NCBI GenBank assembly: GCA_964438995.1
Contig: CAYTMQ010000006.1
Span: 133,208-197,207, forward strand
DNA from: an uncultured Chitinophaga sp.
Lineage (GTDB): Bacteria; Bacteroidota; Bacteroidia; NS11-12g; UBA955
Reading direction: 5' to 3'
Length of the DNA: 64,000 nucleotides
How positions within the stretch are numbered: position 1 is the first letter of the stretch; every line of letters begins with the position of its first letter. A model generated the notes under the pieces. That model was not told the DNA's origin. It did no database searches and saw only the letters and a list, made by a program, of their open reading frames with translations. The position numbers and the translations under genes are program-made. Of this stretch, positions 17,107 to 27,001 are shown in pieces.

Positions 17107-18108
17107 ATGAGTAGAAAACGCGTTTTAATAACCGGCGCAGCTGGTTTTTTAGGTTCACATTTATGTGACAGATTCATCAAAGAAGGTTGTCACGTTATTG
17201 CTATGGACAATTTGATTACAGGTGATTTGAGAAACATTGAACACCTCTTCAAATTAGAACAATTTGAGTTCTATCATCATGATGTGTCTAAGTTTGTTCA
17301 TGTGCCAGGTGAATTGCATTATATTTTGCATTTTGCTTCTCCAGCTAGTCCAATAGACTACTTGAAAATTCCAATTCAAACATTAAAAGTTGGTAGTTTG
17401 GGTACTCATAATTTGTTGGGTTTGGCCAAAGCTAAAAATGCTAGAATTTTAGTGGCATCGACTAGTGAAGTTTACGGTGACCCACAAGTGCATCCGCAAA
17501 CAGAAGATTATTGGGGCAATGTTAACCCAGTTGGTCCTAGAGGTGTGTACGACGAAGCCAAGCGTTTCCAAGAAGCGATGACAATGGCTTATCACACCTA
17601 CCACAATGTTGAAACAAGAATTGTAAGGATTTTTAATACTTACGGACCAAGAATGCGGCTTAACGATGGTAGAGTATTGCCAGCATTTATTGGGCAAGCG
17701 CTAAGAGGCGAAGATTTAACGGCATTTGGTGATGGTACACAAACACGTTCGTTTTGCTATGTAGACGACTTAATTGAAGGTATCTACAGATTGTTGATGA
17801 GCGATTGTGCAACACCAGTAAACATTGGTAATCCAAGTGAAATAACCATCAATGATTTTGCTCAAGAAATCATTAAGTTGACGGGCACCAATCAGAAAGT
17901 GGTGTTTAAACCATTGCCAACAGATGACCCTAAACAAAGACAACCAGATATTTCAAAAGCCAGAGAGATTTTAGGCTGGGAGCCAAAAGTATCGAGAGAA
18001 GAAGGCTTGAGAATAACTTACGAATATTTTAAATCTTTATCGCATGAGCGCTTATTTGAAGAGCCTCATGGCAGAGATTTTGGACAAAAAAAAGGGAGTA
18101 CTAATTAG
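17107..18108 (+). CDS. UDP-glucuronate decarboxylase (UXS-type SDR)
   Basis: 333 aa. [29 protein letters not shown] (YxxxK), and strong overall likeness to UDP-xylose synthases. Confidence 0.85.
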   Translation: MSRKRVLITGAAGFLGSHLCDRFIKEGCHVIAMDNLITGDLRNIEHLFKLEQFEFYHHDVSKFVHVPGELHYILHFASPASPIDYLKIPIQTLKVGSLGTHNLLGLAKAKNARILVASTSEVYGDPQVHPQTEDYWGNVNPVGPRGVYDEAKRFQEAMTMAYHTYHNVETRIVRIFNTYGPRMRLNDGRVLPAFIGQALRGEDLTAFGDGTQTRSFCYVDDLIEGIYRLLMSDCATPVNIGNPSEITINDFAQEIIKLTGTNQKVVFKPLPTDDPKQRQPDISKAREILGWEPKVSREEGLRITYEYFKSLSHERLFEEPHGRDFGQKKGSTN

Positions 18109-18121
18109 TACTCCTTTTTTG
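18086..18121. terminator. bidirectional terminator overlapping the UXS stop codon
   Basis: The perfect 20-bp palindrome GGAGTACTAATTAGTACTCC (18095-18114) is flanked by an A-run and a T-run. The TAG stop (18106-18108) lies inside the hairpin. Confidence 0.8.
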
Positions 18122-18145
18122 TAATATCTGGTTTGGATTTGAACC

Positions 18146-19669
18146 TTATTCCAATCCTAGTGGTCTTCTAAATGTTACACCATATTGTATGTCACTCATT
18201 TTAACAGCGTATTGGTTGTTGATTGTAAAAGGAGTCAAATAGGTTTGATAGCCAGCGTATATACCAAATTGACCGATTCCGTTATAATTAGTATAGATTG
18301 ACAATACACTGTTAAATGAAGCTGAAACTTTATTTAAACTGCTTGTTGTATATGATTTTTCATCAACCATGTTATAGTATTTGTTACTTGATTTAGCTGT
18401 GATATATGATACACCTCCTCCAACACCTAATGAAATAAATGTGTTTTTATTAATAGGTTGTTCGTATTTGAACCTCAACGGAATTGTGTAAACAGAGTAT
18501 TTGTTTTTACTAACCATTGCAAAACTTTGAGTTGCATCAAAGAAAGTGGTGTCAGTTCCAACTGCAATAAATAATTTTAATTTGAGATAAGTAGAGATGC
18601 TGTCATTGCTGTTTCTTGCAGCAATGTCGTATGTTTGCTCATTTATTTTGATGTCTTCGTTTCTAGAACTGAAGTTTAATCCAGTTTCAAAAGACAACCT
18701 ATTGTTTTTGCCAAATTTTCGTTGAATATCTATATGAGCTTGGAATCCATTACCATTATTTGTCAATTTAGATTGATTTGCGATTAAGTGCCTATGGATT
18801 TTGGCTTTAGTTGCATCGTCGTATTCAGCATTAAATGTATTATAGTTGGTTTGTGCACCAAATCCAAAGTTGAACCACCATTTGTAATCATCGAAATTAC
18901 CTCCCCATGCCATATCACTAGCTGTTTGCCTGCGGTGAGTAGGTTGGATAAGCTTCAAACCATTTTCGCTTAATGGAGATGAATTGAAATAATCAAATTG
19001 AAAGCGGTGTAAGAATCTTTTGATTCTGGCTAATTGAGCATTTCTTGTTTCCAATTCAGCGTTATAAATGGTATTTGATATGCCATTTTTGTTAAAACTA
19101 GAATTATTGTCATTGTTTAACTTAGAATTATGTATGTCATTGTTAGCAATGCTTTCGTTGGTAGAGCTGGTAGTGCTTCTTTCTTCGTTGTTGTCAGCAA
19201 AATACGTTGTTTTGCGTGCAGGTTTATTGTGCGTTTCTCTATTCGAAGGTTTAGTGTTTCCGTTTAGAGTATTGTTTGATTTTTTATCTTTTCCAAAATC
19301 AGAGTAGTTTGGCTTGATTATACCACTGTTATCGTTTGATAATGTAACGTCGGTGTTTTCATTAGTACTTTTTTCTGCATGAGCATTAGCAGAGTTTTGG
19401 TTAGGGGTAGAGGCAATGGTGCTTTCTGTGACCACCTCAGTTTTATTGGTAACAACAGTATCATTGCTGTTATTGTTTAACAGCGAAGAGCCAAGCCATA
19501 CAGCTGAAGCTGTAAATACAACAACAGCAGGCATTAGCCAATGCCAAATTGGTCTGTTAGGCTTTTGATCAAGGCGCGCGTTTATATTTGCCCACATGTG
19601 CTCTTTAGGGGGCAGACTCTCGTCTTTAAACGTCGCTCGCAATCGGTTATCAAATTCTTCTGGACTCAT
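18146..19669 (-). CDS. putative anti-sigma factor: short cytoplasmic N-terminus, one TM helix, Asn/Ser/Thr-rich linker, outer-membrane beta-barrel-like C-terminal domain
   Basis: 507 aa, overlapping the ECF sigma gene by 20 nt. TM is WHWLMPAVVVFTASAVWLGSSLL. About 170 aa are low complexity (NNNS.., NDNNSSFN). The C-terminal ~250 aa show alternating hydrophobic beta-strand patterns (LSFETGLNFS, ISLGVGGGVSYI, FGIYAGYQTYL, IQYGVTFRR). Confidence 0.55.
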   Translation of the reverse strand: MSPEEFDNRLRATFKDESLPPKEHMWANINARLDQKPNRPIWHWLMPAVVVFTASAVWLGSSLLNNNSNDTVVTNKTEVVTESTIASTPNQNSANAHAEKSTNENTDVTLSNDNSGIIKPNYSDFGKDKKSNNTLNGNTKPSNRETHNKPARKTTYFADNNEERSTTSSTNESIANNDIHNSKLNNDNNSSFNKNGISNTIYNAELETRNAQLARIKRFLHRFQFDYFNSSPLSENGLKLIQPTHRRQTASDMAWGGNFDDYKWWFNFGFGAQTNYNTFNAEYDDATKAKIHRHLIANQSKLTNNGNGFQAHIDIQRKFGKNNRLSFETGLNFSSRNEDIKINEQTYDIAARNSNDSISTYLKLKLFIAVGTDTTFFDATQSFAMVSKNKYSVYTIPLRFKYEQPINKNTFISLGVGGGVSYITAKSSNKYYNMVDEKSYTTSSLNKVSASFNSVLSIYTNYNGIGQFGIYAGYQTYLTPFTINNQYAVKMSDIQYGVTFRRPLGLE

Positions 19670-20207
19670 GGTTTTTTATTTCATTTTTATACAATTGCCA
19701 TAACATGCTTCTAGCTCTTGTAAGAGAACTTCTCGAAGTGCTTTCGGGCATGTTTAGCTTTTCTGATATTTCCTTGTGACTATAGCCGTCAATAGCGTAC
19801 ATCATCAAGACAATTTTATAATTCTCTGGCAGTTTTTCCATTAACATCATCACCAATTCAGCGTCAAACTTGTCCGGAGCTTCTTCGAAGTTCTCCGGGA
19901 ATTGTCTGGTTTGGTCGTCTATATTGACTTGCAAGGCGAGACGTTTCATTGAGCGTAGTTTATTGATCGATTCGTTAATAAAAATTCGGGTCATCCATGT
20001 TTCCAAGCTGCTCTGAAAAGTAAAGTTCTTGAGGTGAAGAAATACCTTGACAAATGCCTCCTGGAAGGCATCTTCGGCCATTTCTAAGTCCTTTAAGTAA
20101 CGTTTACTTACAGCCAACATCTTTCCAGCAAAGCGATTATACAAAGCTTCTTGCGCTAGTCTGTCGCCTTTAAGACAACCATCAATCACTTGCTTTTCTG
20201 AAAACAT
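19650..20207 (-). CDS. ECF-type RNA polymerase sigma-70 family factor
   Basis: Region 2 (DAFQEAFVKVF...WMTRIFINESIN) and region 4 (GYSHKEISEKLNMPESTSRSSLTRAR). ATG 20207 (MFSEKQVIDGC...) is preferred over TTG 20234, because a -7 box overlaps the latter. Confidence 0.85.
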   Translation of the reverse strand: MFSEKQVIDGCLKGDRLAQEALYNRFAGKMLAVSKRYLKDLEMAEDAFQEAFVKVFLHLKNFTFQSSLETWMTRIFINESINKLRSMKRLALQVNIDDQTRQFPENFEEAPDKFDAELVMMLMEKLPENYKIVLMMYAIDGYSHKEISEKLNMPESTSRSSLTRARSMLWQLYKNEIKNHESRRI

Positions 20208-20231
20208 TAGTACCACTGATACAGTGTTAGA

Positions 20232-20239
20232 CAAATTTA
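20232..20239 (-). promoter_or_regulatory. candidate -7 box (TAAATTTG) for the ECF sigma operon
   Basis: The minus strand reads TAAATTTG, 24 nt upstream of ATG 20207. Confidence 0.4.
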
Positions 20240-20484
20240 GGAATTTAAACGCTGCAAAAAAAATGGATTTTTTATGTCTATATCTGGTTTTTAGTGGTGA
20301 AATTGCCGCTTTAATTGACTGATTTGGGTTCTTTGTTTTGATGTAAGTGTCAAATAGTTAAGCGATTAAAATTTTGTGGTTAATAGATTTTAAGAATTAA
20401 AAATTGCTGAAAATTTTCTCGTAAAAGGCCGTTATTACTCAGAAAATTAATCTTTAAGAAAGTTACCTTGAATAAAACATCACC

Positions 20485-21192
20485 TCAAAATACCTTTCCA
20501 AATCTCGCTTTCAACTTAAATTTGAACATCGATTCATTGCCCCTTACATCTATTCTCTCAATAGCATACCTATTGTTTATTGGGGTTGAATTTATTCGAT
20601 TGCCAATTCTAAATGCTACTGAAATGTTTTTAACGCTGAACAAGTTTTGCAATGCTTGAAACCTCAGTTTGTCCTTTTTAGGATAAGCCCCATATGTATA
20701 TGCCCAAGCTTTTTGTATTTCAATGGGCATTTGGCTGAATACAGCATAACAGGCATCTATGTCATTTGAAATCTCATCCAATGTTTTATCCATCAAATTA
20801 TCATGTTTAAAGCTATGATAGCCATATGATGCCAACGATTGCATGCTTGTTAATTGCTCAATACTTAAAAACTGTTGAATTTTGCCATCGTGCTCTGCTG
20901 CTTTAGCAATGTAATCCGCAACTAAAAAGATGGTAAATGGCAATTGATGTTCTTTTAATATCGGGTAAGCATTGGTGAAATTGTCTTCATAACCATCGTC
21001 AAACGTGATTAATGCAGCATTTGATGGAAGAGCTTTGCCAATTTTAATGTGGTCAATTAGGTCCTTTAGATGTATGGCTGTATAGTGCTTGGCTATGAAA
21101 GACATCTGCAATTTAAAATCTTCTGGAGTTACCGTTAAGAAATCGGCACCAGCATTGATTTTATGGTACATAAAGACGCGCAGTTTGCTCAT
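20485..21192 (-). CDS. polysaccharide deacetylase family protein
   Basis: 235 aa. VFMYHKI ... ITFDDGYEDNF (NodB-type TFDDG motif). Confidence 0.8.
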   Translation of the reverse strand: MSKLRVFMYHKINAGADFLTVTPEDFKLQMSFIAKHYTAIHLKDLIDHIKIGKALPSNAALITFDDGYEDNFTNAYPILKEHQLPFTIFLVADYIAKAAEHDGKIQQFLSIEQLTSMQSLASYGYHSFKHDNLMDKTLDEISNDIDACYAVFSQMPIEIQKAWAYTYGAYPKKDKLRFQALQNLFSVKNISVAFRIGNRINSTPINNRYAIERIDVRGNESMFKFKLKARFGKVF

Positions 21193-21932
21193 GCGTTTCT
21201 GTTTAGTGCGTATAGTTTTAAATATTTAACAGTGTGGTACCAGGCATTGAGATAAGCCCAAACAAAACCTTGCCAACCGTTAAGGATATTGCCGTAAATG
21301 AAATAATGCTTGATGAAATAAACTGGAAATCCAGCCAAACACATCAACAATGACCTCGATTTTCCTTTTTCTTTGAGCTTTGCAGCACCTATGTCTGTGT
21401 ATTGATTGAACTTAGTGAAATAATGACTTAAGTTCTTGTAACTGTAATGCAATATGACATTGTTTAAGTCAGCAACTTTCCCTTTAATCTCTACTTTTTC
21501 GTGCACTTTGGCTTCATCAAAATTGCCGTAATTCCTATTGAACAATCTTAAGTGTTTGTAAGCGCTTTCTTTTCCATGCATGAAGACTTTTCCAAGGAAA
21601 ACATGCCTAATTGGAATGTTATAAGCATGGGTGTTTGTTGTATCAACAATGGATTGAAGTTCTTTGATCAAAGCGTCACTCAAAACCTCATCGGCATCGA
21701 TGTTCAATATCCAATCGTTGGAAGACTTAGAAACAGCAAATCTTTTTTGAGTGCCAAATCCATCAAAAGTTCTTTGGTATACTTTTGCGCCATAAGACAA
21801 AGCCACTTCTGCTGTAGCATCACTGCTATTGTCATCTACAACTACAATCTCATCGCACCATGCCAGCTTAGGCAATGATTGCTTAAGATTATCGGCTTCA
21901 TTTTTCGCTATGATGACAGCAGAGATACGCAC
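21189..21932 (-). CDS. family 2 glycosyltransferase (WaaE/KdtX-like, LPS-core type)
   Basis: 247 aa. ISAVIIAKNEA ... VVVDDNSSDAT ... NIDADE (DxD). GTG start. 4-nt overlap with the deacetylase gene. Confidence 0.8.
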   Translation of the reverse strand: MRISAVIIAKNEADNLKQSLPKLAWCDEIVVVDDNSSDATAEVALSYGAKVYQRTFDGFGTQKRFAVSKSSNDWILNIDADEVLSDALIKELQSIVDTTNTHAYNIPIRHVFLGKVFMHGKESAYKHLRLFNRNYGNFDEAKVHEKVEIKGKVADLNNVILHYSYKNLSHYFTKFNQYTDIGAAKLKEKGKSRSLLMCLAGFPVYFIKHYFIYGNILNGWQGFVWAYLNAWYHTVKYLKLYALNRNA

Positions 21933-21944
21933 TAGGCAAATATA

Positions 21945-23816
21945 TTACAATTCAGACAATTCGAGCCAACGCATGGTTTTTTCATCCAGAGCAGCATCTA
22001 TTTCGCCAATTTCTTTGGCCCAGTTGCTAAGCTTCTCATGGTCTGTACTCCCTGCATTTAATAGGTCGTTAAGTTCTTTTTTTCTAGCTTCAAGTTTTGG
22101 AATTTCTACCTCCAAATCATTGAATTCTTTTTGTTCTTTGAAACTGAGTTTTTTCTTAGGTTTATCAACTTTAGTTTCAGTTGCAGTATTAGTAGGTGAT
22201 GATGTTATAGGTTTGGCATTTTCTTCAACAGTTTTCTCATCTGCATATTCCCTGTAGTCGGTGTAGTTGCCATAAAAATCAAGGATTTTACCCTTGCCTT
22301 CGAAGACAAATAAATGGTCAACCAACTTGTCCATAAAGTATCTATCGTGTGATACCAGCATCAAACACCCATCGTAGTTTAATAGAAAATCTTCAAGCAC
22401 ATTTAATGTGTCGATGTCTAAGTCGTTGGTAGGCTCATCGAGAATCAAAAAGTTTGGATTTGTAACCAGTACTTTTAGTAATTGTAAACGTCTACGTTCA
22501 CCACCGCTCAGTTTTGAAACAGGCGTATATTGCATAGCAGGAGGGAAGAGAAACATATCTAAAAGTTTAGAAACTGTGACGGTTTCTCCATTACCTAGTG
22601 TAACATATTCTGCTATTTGTTTGACTTCATCAATGATTCTATTATCGTTGTTCAAATCGTTGCTATGCTGAGTGTAATAGCCGATTTTTAATGTTGGTCC
22701 GTGGATGATGCTGCCTTTTTTAGGTGCCACTTGTTCGGTAAGTATATCCAGCAAGGTGGTTTTCCCCATGCCATTCTGACCAATAATGCCAATTCTGTCT
22801 TTCTTTTTGAAAATGTAAGAGAAGTCGTCGATTAGCAGTTTGTCGCCATAGCTCATGCCAATGTGGTCGGCTTCAATAATTTTGTTGCCCAATCGAACAG
22901 ATTGAACTGAAATGTCGAGTTCCTTTTTAGAAATGTCTTGTGTGGCTTTGTCTTTTAAGTCGTAAAAAGCTTCAATTCTGCTTTTAGACTTAGTGCCTCT
23001 TGCTTTAGGCATTCGACGCATCCATTCCAATTCTTTGGCCATTAAATTTCTGGCTTTGGATATTTCTGCCTCCACCACTGCATCTCTTTGTGCTTTTTTC
23101 TCAAGATAATAGGCATAATTACCATGGTGAACATATAGTTTGCCTCTATCTAGTTCAAGAATATGTGTGGCCACATTGTCCAAGAAATAACGGTCGTGGG
23201 TTACCATTATTAAAGAAATATTGTGAGCATTTAGCAGATGTTCCAACCATTCAATGGCTTCTAAATCCAAGTGGTTGGTGGGCTCGTCCATAATGATGAT
23301 GTCTGGTTGCAGTATCAACAATTTGGCCAGTGCAACACGTTTTTTCTGTCCGCCACTTAGAGTGTTATTTGCTTGTTTAAGATTGGTAATGCCAAGTTTT
23401 GCCAAGATTTGATGTGCCTTCTTTTCGAAATCCCAAGCGTCATATCGGTCCATTTCTTCAAGAAGAAACTGCATTTTGTCGGCAGGAAAATCTGCATCTT
23501 GAATGGCTATTTCGTATTGTTTAACCAAGTTAAGAATAGGATTTTTATCGCTAAAGATACTTTCTTCAATGCTTAAGTGATCTTCCAATTCAGGCTCTTG
23601 TGGTAAGTAGCCTAAAGAAACGCCTTTTGCTAGACTCACGTTGCCGCCATCAGGTTGAATAAAGCCAGCAATAGTCTTTAATAAAGTTGATTTTCCTGTA
23701 CCATTACTGCCTACCAAAGCCAATTTTTCTCCTTTAGCCAGTCCAAAACTGATTTGATTGAATAACCATCGTTCGGTAAACGATTTAGAAATTTGGTCGG
23801 CAGATAACAAGTTCAT
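21945..23816 (-). CDS. ABC-F family ATPase (Uup/YheS-like; two ABC domains, no TM domain)
   Basis: Two Walker A sites (GSNGTGKST, GQNGMGKTT), two signature motifs (LSGGQKKR, LSGGERRR) and a C-terminal coiled-coil. ATG 23816 (MNLLSADQISKSF) is preferred, because a TAACTTTG box at 23825-23832 lies downstream of the longer TTG start. Confidence 0.9.
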   Translation of the reverse strand: MNLLSADQISKSFTERWLFNQISFGLAKGEKLALVGSNGTGKSTLLKTIAGFIQPDGGNVSLAKGVSLGYLPQEPELEDHLSIEESIFSDKNPILNLVKQYEIAIQDADFPADKMQFLLEEMDRYDAWDFEKKAHQILAKLGITNLKQANNTLSGGQKKRVALAKLLILQPDIIIMDEPTNHLDLEAIEWLEHLLNAHNISLIMVTHDRYFLDNVATHILELDRGKLYVHHGNYAYYLEKKAQRDAVVEAEISKARNLMAKELEWMRRMPKARGTKSKSRIEAFYDLKDKATQDISKKELDISVQSVRLGNKIIEADHIGMSYGDKLLIDDFSYIFKKKDRIGIIGQNGMGKTTLLDILTEQVAPKKGSIIHGPTLKIGYYTQHSNDLNNDNRIIDEVKQIAEYVTLGNGETVTVSKLLDMFLFPPAMQYTPVSKLSGGERRRLQLLKVLVTNPNFLILDEPTNDLDIDTLNVLEDFLLNYDGCLMLVSHDRYFMDKLVDHLFVFEGKGKILDFYGNYTDYREYADEKTVEENAKPITSSPTNTATETKVDKPKKKLSFKEQKEFNDLEVEIPKLEARKKELNDLLNAGSTDHEKLSNWAKEIGEIDAALDEKTMRWLELSEL

Positions 23817-23896
23817 AAAGCCCGCAAAGTTACGCAATCCATTGCAAATAATAAGATTTTGGATTTGATGTTTTATTTTAGATTTTTGCGGTACAT

Positions 23897-24760
23897 ATGG
23901 TTATATATAATCCCAAAGATTGGTGGAAGCTTATTTTGAGTTTACAAAAAAGCGACACATTTAGAATGATGCTGCCTGGTATCTTGGGAATGGCTTTTTA
24001 TACAACTGTTGTTGTGTATCTTGAAATAAAAATTCTACACCTCGATTATAAAAATACCACAAGCATACATGCATTGGTCGGTTTTGTGTTGTCAATGTTG
24101 TTGGTGTTTAGAACCAATACCGCTTATGAAAGATGGTGGGAAGGAAGAAAAATCTGGGGAGCCTTCGTCAATAATTCTAGAAATTTGGCCATTAAATTGT
24201 CCGTTCTTGTAAAAGATGAGGCGACTAGAGAAAGATTAAAAATCCTAATTCAGAATTATGTTTTAGCCTCAAAAGAGCATCTGCGCAATGGCGTCAAATC
24301 TGAATTGTTGAAAGACACTGATAGATACAAAGTGCACGATTATGTCATGAATGCACATATACCTAATAAATTGGCTCAATTCATCATACTTGAAGTGAAC
24401 GCTTTATATGAGGCAAAGGTGATTTCTGGGGAACAACTGCTGTTTTTAAACAACGAAATTCAATCATTCACAGATAATATTGGTGCTTGCGAGCGTATTA
24501 AGAAAACTCCTATTCCATATTCGTATAGCATATTCTTAAAGAAAATCATCTTCATTTATATAGCCAGTATGCCATTTGGTTTTGCAATGGAGTTTGGCTA
24601 TTGGTCGTCTTTTATAGTGCCTATTCTATTTTATATATTTGGAAGTATAGAGTTGATTGCAGAGGAGATAGAAGATCCATTTGGTGAAGATGACAACGAT
24701 TTGCCTACTGATCAAATAACCGAGACCATTTGTAGAAACTTAGACGAAATATTGAACTAA
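23897..24760 (+). CDS. bestrophin-family (UPF0187/YneE) anion channel
   Basis: 287 aa. VFRTNTAYERWWEGRKIWG signature, with TM segments on both sides. Confidence 0.8.
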   Translation: MVIYNPKDWWKLILSLQKSDTFRMMLPGILGMAFYTTVVVYLEIKILHLDYKNTTSIHALVGFVLSMLLVFRTNTAYERWWEGRKIWGAFVNNSRNLAIKLSVLVKDEATRERLKILIQNYVLASKEHLRNGVKSELLKDTDRYKVHDYVMNAHIPNKLAQFIILEVNALYEAKVISGEQLLFLNNEIQSFTDNIGACERIKKTPIPYSYSIFLKKIIFIYIASMPFGFAMEFGYWSSFIVPILFYIFGSIELIAEEIEDPFGEDDNDLPTDQITETICRNLDEILN

Positions 24761-24814
24761 TAGTTGATAGGTTCCATGAGTTTTCTCTTACTTTTGCGTT
24801 AATTAATTCTTAAG

Positions 24815-26653
24815 GTGAAACGACTATTTCTGTTTTTAAAATTTACTGCACTGTTTTGGCTGATATTTGAATTGTCGCGCGTGTATTTCATTTTATACCA
24901 TTCACATCAATTGTCGAATTCTTTAGGCAATACCATTGCATTGACTACCTTGGCTGGATTTAGACTAGATATTTCAACCGTTGCTTATTGCATTTCACCT
25001 TTTTTGTTGTTGATACTTTTAGAGGGCGTGTTTAGAAAACAATTCCATCAGTATATCTATAACACGCTAATCATCATCGAGCTATTTGTCATATTTGCCA
25101 TCACAATATCCGACCCAGAATTATACCGACAATGGGGAACAAAGTTTAACAATCAGGTTTTGGTGTATATATCCCATCCTAAAGAAATGGCTGTTTCTTC
25201 TGGTGCTGTTCAATGGTTTAAAACCATACCATTTGCAATTGTTCTGGCAGTATTATTGTTTTTTTTAGGAAAATGGATGTCTAAACTTTTAATGAAAGAA
25301 AGGCAATATTCTGTTCAGTACAGTATAGCAGATGTGGTATTGATTGCAGCTTCCTTTGTGATGTTGCGTGGTGGAGTTGGTGTTGCAACTATTAGTCAAG
25401 CTTCAGCTATTTACTCTGACAAACAAATCGAAAACGCATCATCTATCAATAGTTTGTGGAATGCTTTGTATTATATTTTTAACGATACAGAATCCTTATA
25501 TGGTAAGCAATACGATGTTGTTGATGAGGTAACTTTGAACAAAGAATTTTCTGAAAGTATTCTGCCAGATACAGCAAGTTTTGTTGTAACAAAGCAAGAC
25601 AAGTTCAATGTCATGGTGGTAATATTGGAGAGTTTCACTGCTTATGGAAGCAACTATTTTACAGGGTATTCAGATTGTATGCCGCAGTTGGACCAATATG
25701 CAAAATCCAATTTGAGCTTTATGTCTTGTTATGCTTCTGGAGATAGGACAGAAAAAGGACTTGTAAGTGTATTGTCAGGTTATCCTGCTCAACCTGCATC
25801 TTCAATTATCGTATTTCCTGATAAAGTGTCTCACCTAAATAGTTTAGGTAAAGTGTTTAAAGATTTGAATTATTACAATTCATTTTACTACGGTGGAGAT
25901 GCTGAATTTGCTTCTATGAAGTCGTATTTGATACAACAAGGTATTACCAACATAGTTGATAAAAAAGCATACCCATCAAATGAACTCAATAGCAAATGGG
26001 GAGCTCATGATGCCAATGTTTACGACAAAGTATTGGCTGCTCATGCAAACATTAAAGGAAGGTTTTTTACTACTATATTAAGTTTAAGCAGTCACGAGCC
26101 ATACGATGTGCCTTTAGAATCTAATGATTTGAAAAAAGACGAACAATATGCCTTTAAAAACTCAATTCGATACGCCGATAAAAGTTTGGGAGCATTTTTG
26201 GAAGCTTGCTCGAAAGCCCCATGGTACGAAGAAACATTGATAGTTTTGGTAGCCGACCATGGTCATGAAATTGGTTTGGCCAATGTGCCATTTTTTGGTA
26301 AGCAGAAATACCACATTCCATTTGTTATAGGAGGCGGAGCGTTGAAAGATGAACTTAAGGGAAAACGAATCGAAACAGTCGTGTCGCAAACTATTATTCC
26401 ATCAATCATTGTTCAAGCTTTGAATAAGGAAAACAAAGACTTTAAATGGCAAACAGGCGTTTATAATGTGAGACCTTTTGCTCAGTATCATTATAACAGC
26501 GGATTCGGTAGAATAGAAAAGGATAAAGAAGCTGTTTACGACAATTTATGCCAATCGTTTGTGTATTCTGGAGATATAAAAGATAGTGCGCAATTGAAGC
26601 GTTCTGGGTTGATTTTTCAGCAGTATTTGATTAAAGATTTTAAATCTAAATAG
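24815..26653 (+). CDS. LTA synthase family / membrane sulfatase-fold phosphoglycerol (or phosphoethanolamine) transferase
   Basis: 612 aa. Multi-TM N-terminus, then an alkaline-phosphatase-superfamily domain (VVILESFT..., SGDRTEKG, ADHGHE). Confidence 0.75.
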   Translation: MKRLFLFLKFTALFWLIFELSRVYFILYHSHQLSNSLGNTIALTTLAGFRLDISTVAYCISPFLLLILLEGVFRKQFHQYIYNTLIIIELFVIFAITISDPELYRQWGTKFNNQVLVYISHPKEMAVSSGAVQWFKTIPFAIVLAVLLFFLGKWMSKLLMKERQYSVQYSIADVVLIAASFVMLRGGVGVATISQASAIYSDKQIENASSINSLWNALYYIFNDTESLYGKQYDVVDEVTLNKEFSESILPDTASFVVTKQDKFNVMVVILESFTAYGSNYFTGYSDCMPQLDQYAKSNLSFMSCYASGDRTEKGLVSVLSGYPAQPASSIIVFPDKVSHLNSLGKVFKDLNYYNSFYYGGDAEFASMKSYLIQQGITNIVDKKAYPSNELNSKWGAHDANVYDKVLAAHANIKGRFFTTILSLSSHEPYDVPLESNDLKKDEQYAFKNSIRYADKSLGAFLEACSKAPWYEETLIVLVADHGHEIGLANVPFFGKQKYHIPFVIGGGALKDELKGKRIETVVSQTIIPSIIVQALNKENKDFKWQTGVYNVRPFAQYHYNSGFGRIEKDKEAVYDNLCQSFVYSGDIKDSAQLKRSGLIFQQYLIKDFKSK

Positions 26654-26777
26654 CTGATACTTGAAGCAGTATGGTTTAAATACTCTAAAGTAAGATACAT
26701 TTCTTTCACAACTCTTGATAAACTTGCCTTGAATTCTATATGGATATTCAGAAAATTAATTACTTTCGTGATGGATT

Positions 26778-26999
26778 ATGAAACTCACAGCTTGGTCACA
26801 AAAAAAATGGTTTTCATGGATTTTAATCGCCGTGTTAATTGTTTCTAATGTAATTTCGTACATGGCTGTTGAGCAATATTTCTCAAGAATCAATCAAAGC
26901 AATATTGAAGAAGTAAAAGTTGAGAACAGCATGATTGGCGGTGGCAATAGAATCATCGACTGGGCGAAAGAGATACTTAGGTTTTTTAGAAATCCATAA
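26778..26999 (+). CDS. small single-TM protein encoded immediately upstream of the histidine kinase
   Basis: 73 aa with TM WFSWILIAVLIVSNVISYMAV. The stop lies 2 nt before the kinase start, which suggests co-translation. No family recognised. Confidence 0.45.
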   Translation: MKLTAWSQKKWFSWILIAVLIVSNVISYMAVEQYFSRINQSNIEEVKVENSMIGGGNRIIDWAKEILRFFRNP

Positions 27000-27001
27000 A
27001 A

